In this document: positions 29,921 through 40,436 of the stretch, in pieces
Layout of the letters: the number at the start of each line of letters is the position of its first letter
How positions within the stretch are numbered: position 1 is the first letter of the stretch
Assembly (NCBI GenBank): GCA_037441425.1
Contig: JBBISF010000004.1
Span: forward strand, 10,215-74,214
Direction: 5' to 3'
From: Verrucomicrobiia bacterium
Lineage (GTDB): Bacteria; Verrucomicrobiota; Verrucomicrobiia; Palsa-1439
DNA length: 64,000 nucleotides
Notes under the pieces: generated by a model
The model's database searches: none
The model's input: the letters and a program-made list of their open reading frames with translations, nothing else
What the model was told of the DNA's origin: nothing
Made by a program: the position numbers and the translations under genes

Positions 29921-32692
29921 ATGGTATCGGTGAGCAGCGATGGGCCGGTTCTTCAGGCAATACACATGATCTCCGAACTTATACGTCTCAACGAAGACGC
30001 GCGGCGCGAGAAAAACTGGAAGCGGTGGGGACCGTACCTTGCGGAGCGCCAGTGGGGCACGGTGCGCGAAGATTATTCGGAGTGGGGGAATTGCTGGGAT
30101 TATTTTCCGCATGATCAGGCACGCAGTCGTGCTTACCGTTGGGGCGAAGATGGCTTGCTCGGCATCACCGACCGCGAATGCCGGCTGTGTTTGGCCCTCG
30201 CCTTGTGGAACGGCAAGGATCCGATTTTGAAGGAGCGGTTGTTTGGATTGACCGGCCCCGAAGGTAATCACGGCGAGGACGTGAAGGAGTGTTATTACTA
30301 CCTCGATTCAACGCCGACGCACTCCTACCTGAAGGCGCTCTACAAATATCCGCAGGCGGCCTACCCCTATACCCGGTTGGTGGACGAGAACCGCCGCCGG
30401 GGCCGGGGTGACCCGGAATTTGAACTGCTTGATACCGGGGTGTTCGACGACAACCGGTACTTCGATGTCGTTGCCGAATATGCCAAAGCCTCGCCTGATG
30501 ACATCTTGATGCGCATCACGGTCGCCAATCGCGGGGCGGCGAAGGCGACGATCCATTTATTGCCGACGTTGTGGTACCGGAACACGTGGGTGTGGGGCTG
30601 CAAGCACGAAGGCTGCTGGATCCGGCCGACGCTGGAACTGCAGAACGACGGCACGGTCGTTGGCAGCCATGTTGGTTTCGGCAAACATGTGTTTGTGGCG
30701 GACGGCGCGCCGCAGTGGTTGTTCACCGAAAACGAAACCAACACCCAAAAACTGTTCGGCACCGATAACTGGACGAAGTTCTCCAAAGACGCATTCCATG
30801 ACTACGTTATCGGCGGCAAGACCGCCGCGGTGAACCCCAAGCGGACCGGCACCAAGGTGGCGGCGTATTACCAGTTCGAGATACCCGCCGGGCAGGAAGT
30901 TGTTGTGAAGGCGCGCTTGTCGGCTGTAGCCGTGGGCGATGACCGCGGCGGATCGAAGGGGATGCCGCGCTCAGCGAGCGCGGCGACAGGTTTGGGCAAA
31001 GACTTCGACCAAATTTTCGCCGACCGGATCCGCGAAGCCGATGAGTTCTACGCGGCGAGACTGCCGGCCAACTTGAGCGCCGAGGAAAGGCGTGTCGCCC
31101 GGCAGGGCTATGCCGGGTTGCTCTGGTCGAAACAGTTTTATCACTACATCGTCCGTGACTGGCTCGACGGCGATCCGCAGCAACCACCGCCGCCGGAAAG
31201 TCGGAAGCATGGGCGCAACAGTGACTGGCCGCATCTCTACAACCGCGATGTGATTTCGATGCCGGACAAGTGGGAGTATCCGTGGTACGCCGCGTGGGAC
31301 TTGGCGTTCCACATGATCCCGTTCGCGAAGGTGGATCCGCAATTTGCCAAGGAGCAGCTCGTCCTCTTCCTGCGCGAGTGGTACCTGCACCCGAACGGGC
31401 AATTGCCGGCCTACGAGTTTGCGTTCGGCGACGTGAATCCGCCCGTCCACGCGTGGTCGTGCTGGCGCGTTTATAAGATGACCGCGCCACCAGGGAAGCG
31501 CGACCGGGAGTTTTTGTCGCGCACGTTTCAAAAGCTTATCATCAACTTCACCTGGTGGGTCAACCGCAAGGATGCCGGGGGCCGGAACATCTTCGGCGGC
31601 GGCTTTCTCGGTCTGGATAACATCGGCGTATTCGACCGCTCAAAGCCGTTGCCCACCGGCGGGCATCTGGAACAGGCGGACGGCACGGCGTGGATGGCGT
31701 TTTTCTGCAACACGATGCTCGCCATGGCGCTGGAATTGGCGCGCGACAATCCGGCCACGGAAGACATGGCTTCAAAATTCTTCGAGCATTTCGTGGCCAT
31801 CGCCGATGCGATCAACACGCTGGGCGGCACCGGCTTGTGGGACGAAGAAGACGGGTTTTACTACGACCAACTGCACGTGGACGGCCAGGTGATTCCGCTC
31901 CGGGTGCGGTCGCTGGTTGGGTTGCTGCCGTTGATTGCGGTGGAAGTGTTGGAGGAAGAGATCATCGCCAAGCTGCCCGGCTTTCGCAAACGGATGAACT
32001 GGTTTCTCGAACACCGGAAAGACCTCGCCCAGCACATCGCGTACATGGAAACCGAAGGCGCGGAGGCGCAACACGGTCACCGCTTGCTGGCCATTCCCTG
32101 CCGCGACCGACTGGAGCGCGTGTTGCGCTACCTGCTCGACGAAAACGAGTTTCTGTCACCGTATGGCATCCGCTCGGTTTCCAAGTATCACGCGCAACAT
32201 CCGTACGTCCTGCCGGTGAACGGCCAGGAATTTCGGGTGGACTACGAGCCGGGGGAATCCGCAACCGGCCTTTTCGGCGGCAACTCCAACTGGCGCGGCC
32301 CGATCTGGTTTCCGATCAACTACCTGCTCGTCGAAGCGCTGGAGCGCTACCATCATTTCTACGGCGATGCGCTGAAAACCGAATGCCCCACCGGTTCCGG
32401 CAATTGGCTGAACCTCCAACAGGTTGCTGATGAATTGCGTGCCCGGCTGGCGCGCATCTTCCTGCCGGATGCCCAAGGCCGTCGCCCCTGCCACGGCGAC
32501 GAACCCCGGTACGTCAGCGACCCATACTGGAAAGACCTCGCCTTGTTCTACGAGTACTTCCACGGCGAGACCGGTCGTGGCGTCGGGGCGAGCCACCAAA
32601 CCGGCTGGACCGCGCTCGCAACGCGTTGCATCGAGGACGCGGCAACGGCTGGCGATGCGCGAGCGGGATGCCGGCGATGTTATCCGTTTTGA
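29921..32692 (+). CDS. GH63-like (alpha/alpha)6-barrel glucosidase family protein
   Basis: 923 aa. WEYPWYAAWDLAFH and surrounding motifs are typical of GH63/MGH-like glucosidases. Confidence 0.5.
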   Translation: MVSVSSDGPVLQAIHMISELIRLNEDARREKNWKRWGPYLAERQWGTVREDYSEWGNCWDYFPHDQARSRAYRWGEDGLLGITDRECRLCLALALWNGKDPILKERLFGLTGPEGNHGEDVKECYYYLDSTPTHSYLKALYKYPQAAYPYTRLVDENRRRGRGDPEFELLDTGVFDDNRYFDVVAEYAKASPDDILMRITVANRGAAKATIHLLPTLWYRNTWVWGCKHEGCWIRPTLELQNDGTVVGSHVGFGKHVFVADGAPQWLFTENETNTQKLFGTDNWTKFSKDAFHDYVIGGKTAAVNPKRTGTKVAAYYQFEIPAGQEVVVKARLSAVAVGDDRGGSKGMPRSASAATGLGKDFDQIFADRIREADEFYAARLPANLSAEERRVARQGYAGLLWSKQFYHYIVRDWLDGDPQQPPPPESRKHGRNSDWPHLYNRDVISMPDKWEYPWYAAWDLAFHMIPFAKVDPQFAKEQLVLFLREWYLHPNGQLPAYEFAFGDVNPPVHAWSCWRVYKMTAPPGKRDREFLSRTFQKLIINFTWWVNRKDAGGRNIFGGGFLGLDNIGVFDRSKPLPTGGHLEQADGTAWMAFFCNTMLAMALELARDNPATEDMASKFFEHFVAIADAINTLGGTGLWDEEDGFYYDQLHVDGQVIPLRVRSLVGLLPLIAVEVLEEEIIAKLPGFRKRMNWFLEHRKDLAQHIAYMETEGAEAQHGHRLLAIPCRDRLERVLRYLLDENEFLSPYGIRSVSKYHAQHPYVLPVNGQEFRVDYEPGESATGLFGGNSNWRGPIWFPINYLLVEALERYHHFYGDALKTECPTGSGNWLNLQQVADELRARLARIFLPDAQGRRPCHGDEPRYVSDPYWKDLALFYEYFHGETGRGVGASHQTGWTALATRCIEDAATAGDARAGCRRCYPF

Positions 32693-32896
32693 CGGTGACA
32701 GGTGGAAGCGCATTGTGCGCGACTGACGGACTGGTCACGACTTGGAGAGAGACAACATGTTCGATGGCGAGCTTGATCTTACCGAAGGAAGTCTCCAGTT
32801 CCACGCGGTGTGACAGGACTCGGCCCTGTAGCCGATTCCCATTGAGAAACAGCAGGCTGCGCTGCATCGATGCAAGTCCGGGTTGGAGAACGATAG

Positions 32897-33835
32897 TTGC
32901 CGAATATGGGTGGATGGCGTATGCTGGCCGCCGTCTTGTTCGACATGGAAACCGCAGGACACTTTGCCAGCACCGCCGTCGCCACACCGCCGTTCGCCAA
33001 GCGAGCCATGCGCGCGATCTGGTCGGTGTTGCCGCGGTGTGCTCTCAGTTACAACTTGGGCAAGCTGGTGACCCGGACGTTACTCCGGCCATCCGCGACT
33101 ACATGGCCGGTGTTGGAACGATTTGGTGGGAAGTGCCCCATGGTGTTGGACCTCGGCAGCTTTGTCGCGAATGATCTTTATTGTCTGGATGATCATTATG
33201 AGGCGGTGACGCTCCGTTTGTGGCGCCGTTTGGCCCGACAATCCCGGACGATCCTCGATGTCGGCAGTCACATCGGGACTTTCGCGTTGGTTGCGGCTGC
33301 GGAAAACCAAGCGGCACGCATCATCGCCGTGGAAGCAACGAGTGGACACTTCACAAGTCTCCGGCACCATAGTGCCGCGTTTCCCAACGTCATTCCTGTG
33401 CAGGCTGCTATCGCCGACCGGGCGACGGAAATGTGGTTTTGCGCTGACGGAAGCAATGATGGTGGTGGCTATCTGAGTGTTGAACGCCCCCCGGGTGTCG
33501 AATGCCAGCCGGTTGCCACGCGCACGCTGGAGCAGCTTTGCGCCGAGTACGACATCGGCCAGTTGGATTTGATGAAGTTGGATGTGGAAGGGTTTGAGCA
33601 CAAGCTCTTGGCGGAGGACCGTGAATTTTGGCGTCGGCACGCCCCGACGCACCTGATTGTGGAGATCACCAGCGACCGCCGCAATTGTGGCCCGACGAAT
33701 GAATTGTTCCGCGCGATGGCGCGTCGTGGCTATCGCGCCCAGCGCGTTCAAGGATTGTATACGGTCCCATGGGGTAAGCCCGAGGCGCTGGCCAACTGGC
33801 ATTTTACGCGTGGGGAGGCGGCCAGCGCGCGTTGA
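32897..33835 (+). CDS. FkbM-family SAM-dependent methyltransferase
   Basis: ILDVGSHIGTFAL...LMKLDVEGFEHKLL matches the FkbM domain signature. Confidence 0.7.
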   Translation: MPNMGGWRMLAAVLFDMETAGHFASTAVATPPFAKRAMRAIWSVLPRCALSYNLGKLVTRTLLRPSATTWPVLERFGGKCPMVLDLGSFVANDLYCLDDHYEAVTLRLWRRLARQSRTILDVGSHIGTFALVAAAENQAARIIAVEATSGHFTSLRHHSAAFPNVIPVQAAIADRATEMWFCADGSNDGGGYLSVERPPGVECQPVATRTLEQLCAEYDIGQLDLMKLDVEGFEHKLLAEDREFWRRHAPTHLIVEITSDRRNCGPTNELFRAMARRGYRAQRVQGLYTVPWGKPEALANWHFTRGEAASAR

Positions 33836-34956
33836 TGCCAGAGCTACGGCCCAAGCGGATCATGGTGTTTTGTCTCTCGGGTTTGGGAGATGCCATCCTG
33901 GCGTCGGCGGCGCTGGCGGCGCTGGCCGCGCGTCCCGATCAGTTCCGCCTGACGCTCTTGACGATGTTTAGAAGTGTTAAGGAGTATCTGGACGACCAAC
34001 AGTTCACACCGGATGTTCGCTTGATCCAGTTTCTCGGAATGTCCAAGTGGAATATCTTCCACCATGCTTGGCCATTACGAAAAGAGCAGTTTGACGTCAG
34101 CGTGTTGCCATATGCAATGAACCGGCTGGGATATAATCTGATGAGTCGGGTCGTGGGGGCACGTTACCGGATCGGTTTCCGGTATCAACGGCAGTTCATC
34201 ATCAATGCCCCAGCGCTCAATCAGTGTGTAATTGATGAAGATCCGTCGTTGCACGCGGTGCAAGAGAACCTGCGTTGGGCATCGGTGCTCTGCAACACGG
34301 GAGTTGACGCGTTGCCGGATGAGTTTTCATACCGGATTCATCCGTCCGCAGTGACCGCTGCGGATGCGTATCTCAAGGAACATAAATTAGATCAGGCAGC
34401 GCCGCTTATCGGCATCCATGCCGCCTGCAATTCACTCAAGAACCAACACTGCCGCTGCTGGCCACCGATTCGTCTCGGCGAGTTCATCCGGCGGTTTCGC
34501 GAGCAAACGCCGGGGGCGCGCTTTATCTTGTTCGAGGGGCCAAGCGACCAACAGATGAACGAAGCCGTGGTCGTGGCTGCCGGTCCGGCATCAGGGGATA
34601 TTGTCGTCGCCAAGATGTTACCCCTGCGTTTGGTTGCGGCGCTCGTAAAGCGTTGTCACCTTTTTCTGAGCAACGATTCCGGTATGATGCACACGGCGGC
34701 GGCCTGTAAAGTGCCTTGTGCGTCCATCTTTGGGCCGACGAATCCAGCTTGGGTGCGGCCTTGGAAGACCCAGAACATTATCGTTAGCCGACAACTGCCG
34801 TGCAGCCCTTGTTTTTACTACTCCAGCCGGCCCTTGGTGTGTCCGGCTCACCTGGATTTTGCCTGTGTGCGTGACATCGCTGTGGACGACGTTCTCAACG
34901 CCGTCCAACAACTGCTCGCTCAAACTCATGTCCACGCAATCCCCGTCCAAACCTGA
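33832..34956 (+). CDS. Glycosyltransferase family 9 (heptosyltransferase-like)
   Basis: LSGLGDAIL...LFLSNDSGMMHTAAACKVPCASIFGPTNP are GT9 hallmarks. 4-nt overlap with the FkbM gene. Confidence 0.75.
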   Translation: MMPELRPKRIMVFCLSGLGDAILASAALAALAARPDQFRLTLLTMFRSVKEYLDDQQFTPDVRLIQFLGMSKWNIFHHAWPLRKEQFDVSVLPYAMNRLGYNLMSRVVGARYRIGFRYQRQFIINAPALNQCVIDEDPSLHAVQENLRWASVLCNTGVDALPDEFSYRIHPSAVTAADAYLKEHKLDQAAPLIGIHAACNSLKNQHCRCWPPIRLGEFIRRFREQTPGARFILFEGPSDQQMNEAVVVAAGPASGDIVVAKMLPLRLVAALVKRCHLFLSNDSGMMHTAAACKVPCASIFGPTNPAWVRPWKTQNIIVSRQLPCSPCFYYSSRPLVCPAHLDFACVRDIAVDDVLNAVQQLLAQTHVHAIPVQT

Positions 34957-37357
34957 GCTGCGTCAGGTCGGTCTTTGGATTACGCTGACAGCGGCGCTGG
35001 TGTATTGCGGGTGGCTGGGGTGGCACTGGTTGTCGCTGGGGTATAGCGACAAGGAACTGGCGGGATTTGTCTCCCGGGTCTGGGACATCCAACGGTCGCT
35101 GGCCGGGCATCACGGGCTGCCGTGGTGGACGCCGTGGTTCATGGGCGGAGCCAGCTACGGATTGGATTACTCCCATGGACTGTACCTGATTCCCTGGCTG
35201 CTGCTGGCGACGATGTTCAGCTTGCCGGTGGCGGGCAAGCTTTGCGCCTTGATCGCCATCTTTGCGGGAACGGTGGCGATGTACTGCTGCGCCCGGTATT
35301 TTCTTAAGAACGACTGGGCGGCAACTTTGGCGGCACTGGTGTTTCTGTTGCATCCCGAGCAAATCATCCGTGCCGCCGGGGTCGAGCAAATGACGGTCAT
35401 CATGTGCTTGCCGTTCATCCCGCTGACATGGTGGTGGTTCGCGCGGGTGCTGGATACCGGCAAACTGCGGGACTCGTTTTGGTGCAGTGTCAGCGCGGTC
35501 TGCCTGTTGGGAATGGACCACCAACAGGCGCTCATCCAGTACATGTTTCTGGCCTGCTATTTCGTTTATTGGCTTTGGAGCAATGGGGCTGTGCGACGGG
35601 TCTCAGCCATCCGGATGTGCGGACTCATCGCCATCTTCACCGTGGGCCTTGGCGCGTTCTTCATCGTCACCAGATTTGTGGAGTCGCATTACATCAAACA
35701 GTCTTACGATGAGCCGGTGACGGATTTGCAGCGCAATTACGCGTTCAAGAGTCTGTTGGCGCTGGTGGACCGGGATGGCACGATCACCCGGCAAGCCATC
35801 CGCGGCGCGGTCGATGCCGTCAACGCCCGCGGCGGTGTGCGCAGCCAAGCCGAATTGACCCAACTGCAACGGCTGGCTGGTCTCCAGATTGATTCGCCGG
35901 AGAAGTACGCGGGCCTCGTGTTGTTGGCGGTGTTGACGATCACGATGTTGTTCAACCGGGATCGGGTGAACCGCCGGTTATTCTGGTTTTTCGTGGGCAT
36001 GTTGTTGGTGACGGTGATGCTGGCCAGCGGACGCAGCAGTGTGTTCAGCGCCAACTGGCAAACCTGGCAGGCGCTCACGTCGCTCGCCGGGGTGCCGGGA
36101 TTGGTCACGCGCGCGATCTGGTTGGCGTTGCTGACGATGGCGACGTTTCTCGTATTGTTCATCCATCGCAAGCTCACGACCACCCGGAAACGCATCTTTG
36201 CCGGCGGGGCGTTGCTGGTGTTTCTCTTTCTGCCAGCGTTCCACATCCTCGCCGTCGTGCCGTTCTTCAAGGAGTGGCGCGCGCCGTTTGTGTTTTATGA
36301 TTTGCCGGCGGTATTCTTCGGCGCACTGCTGGCCGGGTTTTTCGTGACGGATGGATTGCCGTCTGCATCGCCGGCGAAAGTGGTGGCCGGTCTCGGGTTG
36401 TTGCTGGTGGTGGATTACTGGCCGTATCAGCAACCGATGAAAATCAATGACGTGCCCGGACACACGTTCCAAAACTTGCGCGCCACCTACACAGCACTGG
36501 CCGATGATCGGGACTGGGTTAAGACCTATGCATTTTCAGGACGACCATTCCATTTGCTCGGTCCCCGGTGGAGCGATAAACCACAGGTATCGGAGACGTT
36601 TGACAGCCAAGCGTACCCGCCCGGAATGGGGTTGCTCATCCCGAACATGGGTGGCGAATTATTCAATCTGGTCGGCGCGCGCTATGTCGTCTTCGACAAG
36701 ACCGATCCCGGCGGCAACGCTCAACTCGCCAGCCAATTGCGGCAAGCGGATCCGGTGGTGACCGAGAACGAAGATTTTGTCGTCTTTCGCAACGCCGGCG
36801 CGCGACCATATCTGACGGCGTACCTGCGCGCCTGCGCATACTTGGGCGATTTCCGGCAATCGTCGCGGCTAGCGCTTACCTTGTCGAACAAGGGCTGGCC
36901 ATTGGTGCAAATCAATTCGCCCCAAGAAGCCGCCAGTTACGAACGGGTGTACGCCCCGCCGGCCGAAGCGCTCCGGTTCAGCGGCATCCCGAATCTATAT
37001 GAACTCCATCCCGATTCGCTGCCGCTGTTGCCGGCAACGTCGAGTGAGCCAGTCACCCTGACCAGTGTCCAGTTGCGCCGGGAGAGCAATTACCGGATCC
37101 ACATGGAACTGACTGTGCTGAGTCCCTGCACCCTGGTCATTGCCGAGAGTTACTATCCTTTCTGGCAGGCGACGGTGGATGGGAAACCCTCCGCAGTGCT
37201 GCGGGTTAACTGCGGTTTGATGGGCCTGTCATTGCCGGCAGGACAGCACAGCATCGAGATGCTCTTTCGGCCGCCGCGCGCCTACGCGGTGGCGGCTGGG
37301 GTCAGTGTGCTGACATTGGTGGCGGGGTTGATCCTTTCACGGCGCGGATCTCCATAA
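34928..37357 (+). CDS. Large polytopic membrane protein, YfhO-like GT-C glycosyltransferase candidate (copy 1)
   Basis: ~810 aa. More than 12 N-terminal TM helices, ~300-aa extracytoplasmic domain, terminal TM helix. Start taken at ATG 34928, overlapping the GT9 end. Confidence 0.45.
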   Translation: MSTQSPSKPELRQVGLWITLTAALVYCGWLGWHWLSLGYSDKELAGFVSRVWDIQRSLAGHHGLPWWTPWFMGGASYGLDYSHGLYLIPWLLLATMFSLPVAGKLCALIAIFAGTVAMYCCARYFLKNDWAATLAALVFLLHPEQIIRAAGVEQMTVIMCLPFIPLTWWWFARVLDTGKLRDSFWCSVSAVCLLGMDHQQALIQYMFLACYFVYWLWSNGAVRRVSAIRMCGLIAIFTVGLGAFFIVTRFVESHYIKQSYDEPVTDLQRNYAFKSLLALVDRDGTITRQAIRGAVDAVNARGGVRSQAELTQLQRLAGLQIDSPEKYAGLVLLAVLTITMLFNRDRVNRRLFWFFVGMLLVTVMLASGRSSVFSANWQTWQALTSLAGVPGLVTRAIWLALLTMATFLVLFIHRKLTTTRKRIFAGGALLVFLFLPAFHILAVVPFFKEWRAPFVFYDLPAVFFGALLAGFFVTDGLPSASPAKVVAGLGLLLVVDYWPYQQPMKINDVPGHTFQNLRATYTALADDRDWVKTYAFSGRPFHLLGPRWSDKPQVSETFDSQAYPPGMGLLIPNMGGELFNLVGARYVVFDKTDPGGNAQLASQLRQADPVVTENEDFVVFRNAGARPYLTAYLRACAYLGDFRQSSRLALTLSNKGWPLVQINSPQEAASYERVYAPPAEALRFSGIPNLYELHPDSLPLLPATSSEPVTLTSVQLRRESNYRIHMELTVLSPCTLVIAESYYPFWQATVDGKPSAVLRVNCGLMGLSLPAGQHSIEMLFRPPRAYAVAAGVSVLTLVAGLILSRRGSP

Positions 37358-38243
37358 TCGCCCCGGCACCGGCGAGCCAACTCAACAGGGCGAGCAATAA
37401 ACCGGGAACGGCCAGCACGGCAGCAAGCAAGATCATCACAATGCCCGATGGAGTCCAGATGTGTTCACGATCAGCGCCGGACAGCCAGTGCTGCAACAAA
37501 TAAGGCGGGAAGCCCAGCCGGTTCAGCGCGCTCTGCACCCAGCCGAAGGGATCGTATTCCCAGCTCACGGTTCGCAGTGTTTCGGCCCGCAACCCGGCTC
37601 GTTCCAACGCGCCCCGCAACGCGTCCGGCGTGAAGTGGCCGAGATGCCGGGGGACATCGAGATGTTGCCAGTGTTGCCGGGAAAAACGGAACTGCCAACT
37701 CGCCAGATTCGGCACGCCAATCACCAACCGCCCGCCGGGCTTGAGCAGCCGGGCGCAGGCTGCCAAGCGTTCCCGCGGATCCGGCAGGTGTTCCAGGACT
37801 TGGTTCATCACGATTAGATCGAATTGTGGTTCGTCGCCTAGAGTGCCAAGTGCGCCCACCCGGACGTCCAACCCATGCTGGTCGCGCGCAAACGCGGCGC
37901 TTTCCTCCGTGCGCTCCAAGCCGGTGACCTGCCAACCGTGATCGCGCAGCGCGGCGAGCATCCAGCCGTGGCCGCAGCCGATTTCCAAAGCCTGGCCGGT
38001 ACCGCGTTCGCGCGTCCAAGCCCGGACACGCCGGCGGTGGATGAACCGAAAGAAACGCAGGATCAACGGATGATAGGCCCGGTAAGAGGCGGGGTAATAC
38101 GCATCAAGACTCGCGGGTGGCGGCCACACGAAAACAAATCCGCACGGCTGGCACCGGTGGAGGGCGAACGATTGACCGGTTACGTGATCGCGGGCATCGA
38201 GGAAATGCCCGGTCTCCTCCGCATGACAAAGCGGGCAGGTCAT
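37302..38243 (-). CDS. Class I SAM-dependent methyltransferase with N-terminal Cys4 zinc-ribbon
   Basis: CPLCHA...CQPCG ribbon, then LEIGCGHGW methyltransferase motif I. ATGA overlap with the upstream GT2. Confidence 0.7.
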   Translation of the reverse strand: MTCPLCHAEETGHFLDARDHVTGQSFALHRCQPCGFVFVWPPPASLDAYYPASYRAYHPLILRFFRFIHRRRVRAWTRERGTGQALEIGCGHGWMLAALRDHGWQVTGLERTEESAAFARDQHGLDVRVGALGTLGDEPQFDLIVMNQVLEHLPDPRERLAACARLLKPGGRLVIGVPNLASWQFRFSRQHWQHLDVPRHLGHFTPDALRGALERAGLRAETLRTVSWEYDPFGWVQSALNRLGFPPYLLQHWLSGADREHIWTPSGIVMILLAAVLAVPGLLLALLSWLAGAGAIMEIRAVKGSTPPPMSAH

Positions 38244-39151
38244 GGTCGCGGATGATTGTAGTGCGACAGTTTCCAATCCACCACGCTGAGCGGCCGGGCG
38301 ACCTGATCCTTGTAGGTCCGCGCCAGATAAATGCAAATGACCATCAGGAAGAACGCGACGTAGATAAAATCGAGCGCCACCAACCAGTGGAACTTGTCAT
38401 TGATGACCAACGCGATGTTCAGCGCGATCAGCAACGGGAACGCGTACACCGACAACCGCAGCGGGAACGTGGATGAGCTGAGGATGCCGGCCACGGCAAA
38501 GACGATGGCGCGCCAAAGATTGTAGTGGGTCTGGCCGATGATGCGTTTCTGCCGGGAGTAGGGGATGCCTTTGCGTTGGAACCCAACGTGGGCGACTTCG
38601 GTGCGCAGAAACGGGAACGTGGAATGGTTCGCCAAAATCGCGTCGCGCACCGGGGCGGAGACGAGAAAGAACTCCGCCATGTCGAGGACAATATCGCTGT
38701 CGGCGACCAGGCGGTTCAACCGGTAGAACGCCTTGCGCGCGAGTTGCCAGGGAAGCGGTTCAGGACGCTCGTCGCGCCGCCCATAGACGATGTCGTGGCC
38801 GGCTTCCCATTCGGCGATGAACTGGGGAATCATTTCCGGCGGGTCTTCGCAGTCCACGTCAATGATCGCCACCGCCGCGCCGCGCGCGTGGCGCAGACCG
38901 GTGGCGACGCTGGCTTCGTAGCCGAAATTGCGCGAGAGCGTCAGCACCTGCACCTGCGGGTTCTGCTCTCGGAGTTTGAGAATCGCCGACAACGTCCGGT
39001 CGGCGGAGCGGTTGTTGGTGAAGATCAACTCGAAGTCATACCGGTTGGCCAGCGGCGCGAGGGCCTTCTGCAACCGCTCATAAAACAACGGGATGGCTGT
39101 CTCTTCGTTGAACACCGGACAGACGATCGAAATCAACTGACGCTCGCTCAT
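38240..39151 (-). CDS. GtrB/ArnC-like GT2 polyprenol-phosphate glycosyltransferase (two C-terminal TM helices)
   Basis: ISIVCPVFNEE, DVDCEDPPE (DxD). Two TM helices at the C-terminus as in GtrB. ~304 aa. Confidence 0.75.
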   Translation of the reverse strand: MSERQLISIVCPVFNEETAIPLFYERLQKALAPLANRYDFELIFTNNRSADRTLSAILKLREQNPQVQVLTLSRNFGYEASVATGLRHARGAAVAIIDVDCEDPPEMIPQFIAEWEAGHDIVYGRRDERPEPLPWQLARKAFYRLNRLVADSDIVLDMAEFFLVSAPVRDAILANHSTFPFLRTEVAHVGFQRKGIPYSRQKRIIGQTHYNLWRAIVFAVAGILSSSTFPLRLSVYAFPLLIALNIALVINDKFHWLVALDFIYVAFFLMVICIYLARTYKDQVARPLSVVDWKLSHYNHPRP

Positions 39152-39930
39152 GATAGGTGTTGCCGCCACCAGTTTATCGTTTCGCGCAAGCCGGTGTCGA
39201 GATTGTAGCGAGGCCGCCAACCGGTGGCGAGCAACCGGGTGTTATCAGCCACGATAGGCAGCGGGTCGCCGGGAGCGTAGGGGCGCGCGCCAAACTTGAG
39301 CAGTTCCGGTCGTCCGATGATCGCGCCAATCTGACCGGCCAGCGCGCGGACGGTGATCGGCTGGCCGCTGCCGATGTTCACGGCCCCGGTGAGATTGCTT
39401 TCCGCGACGGCGACGATGGCCCGCGCAACATCCTCCACGTGCAAGAAGTCGCGGACCTGTTCGCCGGGGGTTAGTTCTGCCGGTTGGCCGCGCAGGAGTG
39501 ATTGAATGATGTACGGCACCAGCCGTCGCGGGTCTTCGCGCGGACCATATTGGTAGAACAACCGCGGCCAGGCAACTGGCGTGTCGAGTTGCTGGAGCTT
39601 CTCAAAGAGTTCCAGTTTGCATTGCGCGTAGAGCGTGGTGGATTCACGCTCGATACAGGTGCCAATGGCAACAAAACGTTGGGTGTTGACTTCCTGGGCC
39701 AAGCGAAGACTGGCGGTAACCCATTGCTGGTTCAGTGGTGAGTCGAGGTACTTACCGGGTTCGGCGTACCACGCGAGGTGAAGGCAGATATCGAACTGCG
39801 AACGCGGAAAACGGAAACCAGGCGAGAGCAGATCGCGGCCGAGGGTGGTCACTTCGTGACCGGCCTGTTCCAGTACAGCGGCGACGTGGAAACCGATAAA
39901 GCCGGTGGCGCCGGTGAGCAGGACTTTCAT
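39148..39930 (-). CDS. NAD(P)-dependent sugar epimerase/reductase (short RmlD-like 4-ketoreductase candidate)
   Basis: MKVLLTGATGFIGFHV Rossmann N-terminus. 260 aa. Coupled between the RmlC-like gene and the GT2 gene. Confidence 0.65.
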   Translation of the reverse strand: MKVLLTGATGFIGFHVAAVLEQAGHEVTTLGRDLLSPGFRFPRSQFDICLHLAWYAEPGKYLDSPLNQQWVTASLRLAQEVNTQRFVAIGTCIERESTTLYAQCKLELFEKLQQLDTPVAWPRLFYQYGPREDPRRLVPYIIQSLLRGQPAELTPGEQVRDFLHVEDVARAIVAVAESNLTGAVNIGSGQPITVRALAGQIGAIIGRPELLKFGARPYAPGDPLPIVADNTRLLATGWRPRYNLDTGLRETINWWRQHLS

Positions 39931-40436
39931 AGCAACGGCAGAGCTTGATCACGGGCAGAGACAGTCGGGTGGGGGATGGGCCACGGGATGGCCAGCTTGG
40001 GATCGTTCCAGCGGATGCCGCGCGCCAGTTCTGGGAAGTAGAAATTGGACATTTGGTAGAACACCTCGCAGTTGTCGGTGAGACATTGAAAACCATGCGC
40101 GTAGCCGGCCGGCGCGTAGAGTTGGCGGGGAGAATTGGCGGACAATTCAAACGCCTCCCATTTACCGGAGCGCACGTCCGCGATGACGTCCCAGATCGTG
40201 CCGGCAACGCAGCGGATCAGTTTGGTCTCGGGATGCGGCTCGGCTTGGAAGTGCAACCCGCGAATGGCGCCGCGCTGTTTGGTGAGCGTGGTGTTGCACT
40301 GCGGCCAATGGATGTTCAAGTTGTGCTCGGCGAATTCGCGTTCGCAATAGGTCCGGGCGAGGAAACCGCGTTCGTCAGCACGCGGTTCCAGATCAATCAG
40401 CCAGACACCCGGTAGTGACGTGGTGTGAAACTTCAT
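39927..40436 (-). CDS. dTDP/CDP-4-keto-6-deoxyhexose 3,5-epimerase (RmlC-like cupin)
   Basis: [30 protein letters not shown]...GLHFQ...HGF motifs. 169 aa. The ORF-track N-terminal extension is not credible (Arg/Pro-rich). Confidence 0.8.
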   Translation of the reverse strand: MKFHTTSLPGVWLIDLEPRADERGFLARTYCEREFAEHNLNIHWPQCNTTLTKQRGAIRGLHFQAEPHPETKLIRCVAGTIWDVIADVRSGKWEAFELSANSPRQLYAPAGYAHGFQCLTDNCEVFYQMSNFYFPELARGIRWNDPKLAIPWPIPHPTVSARDQALPLL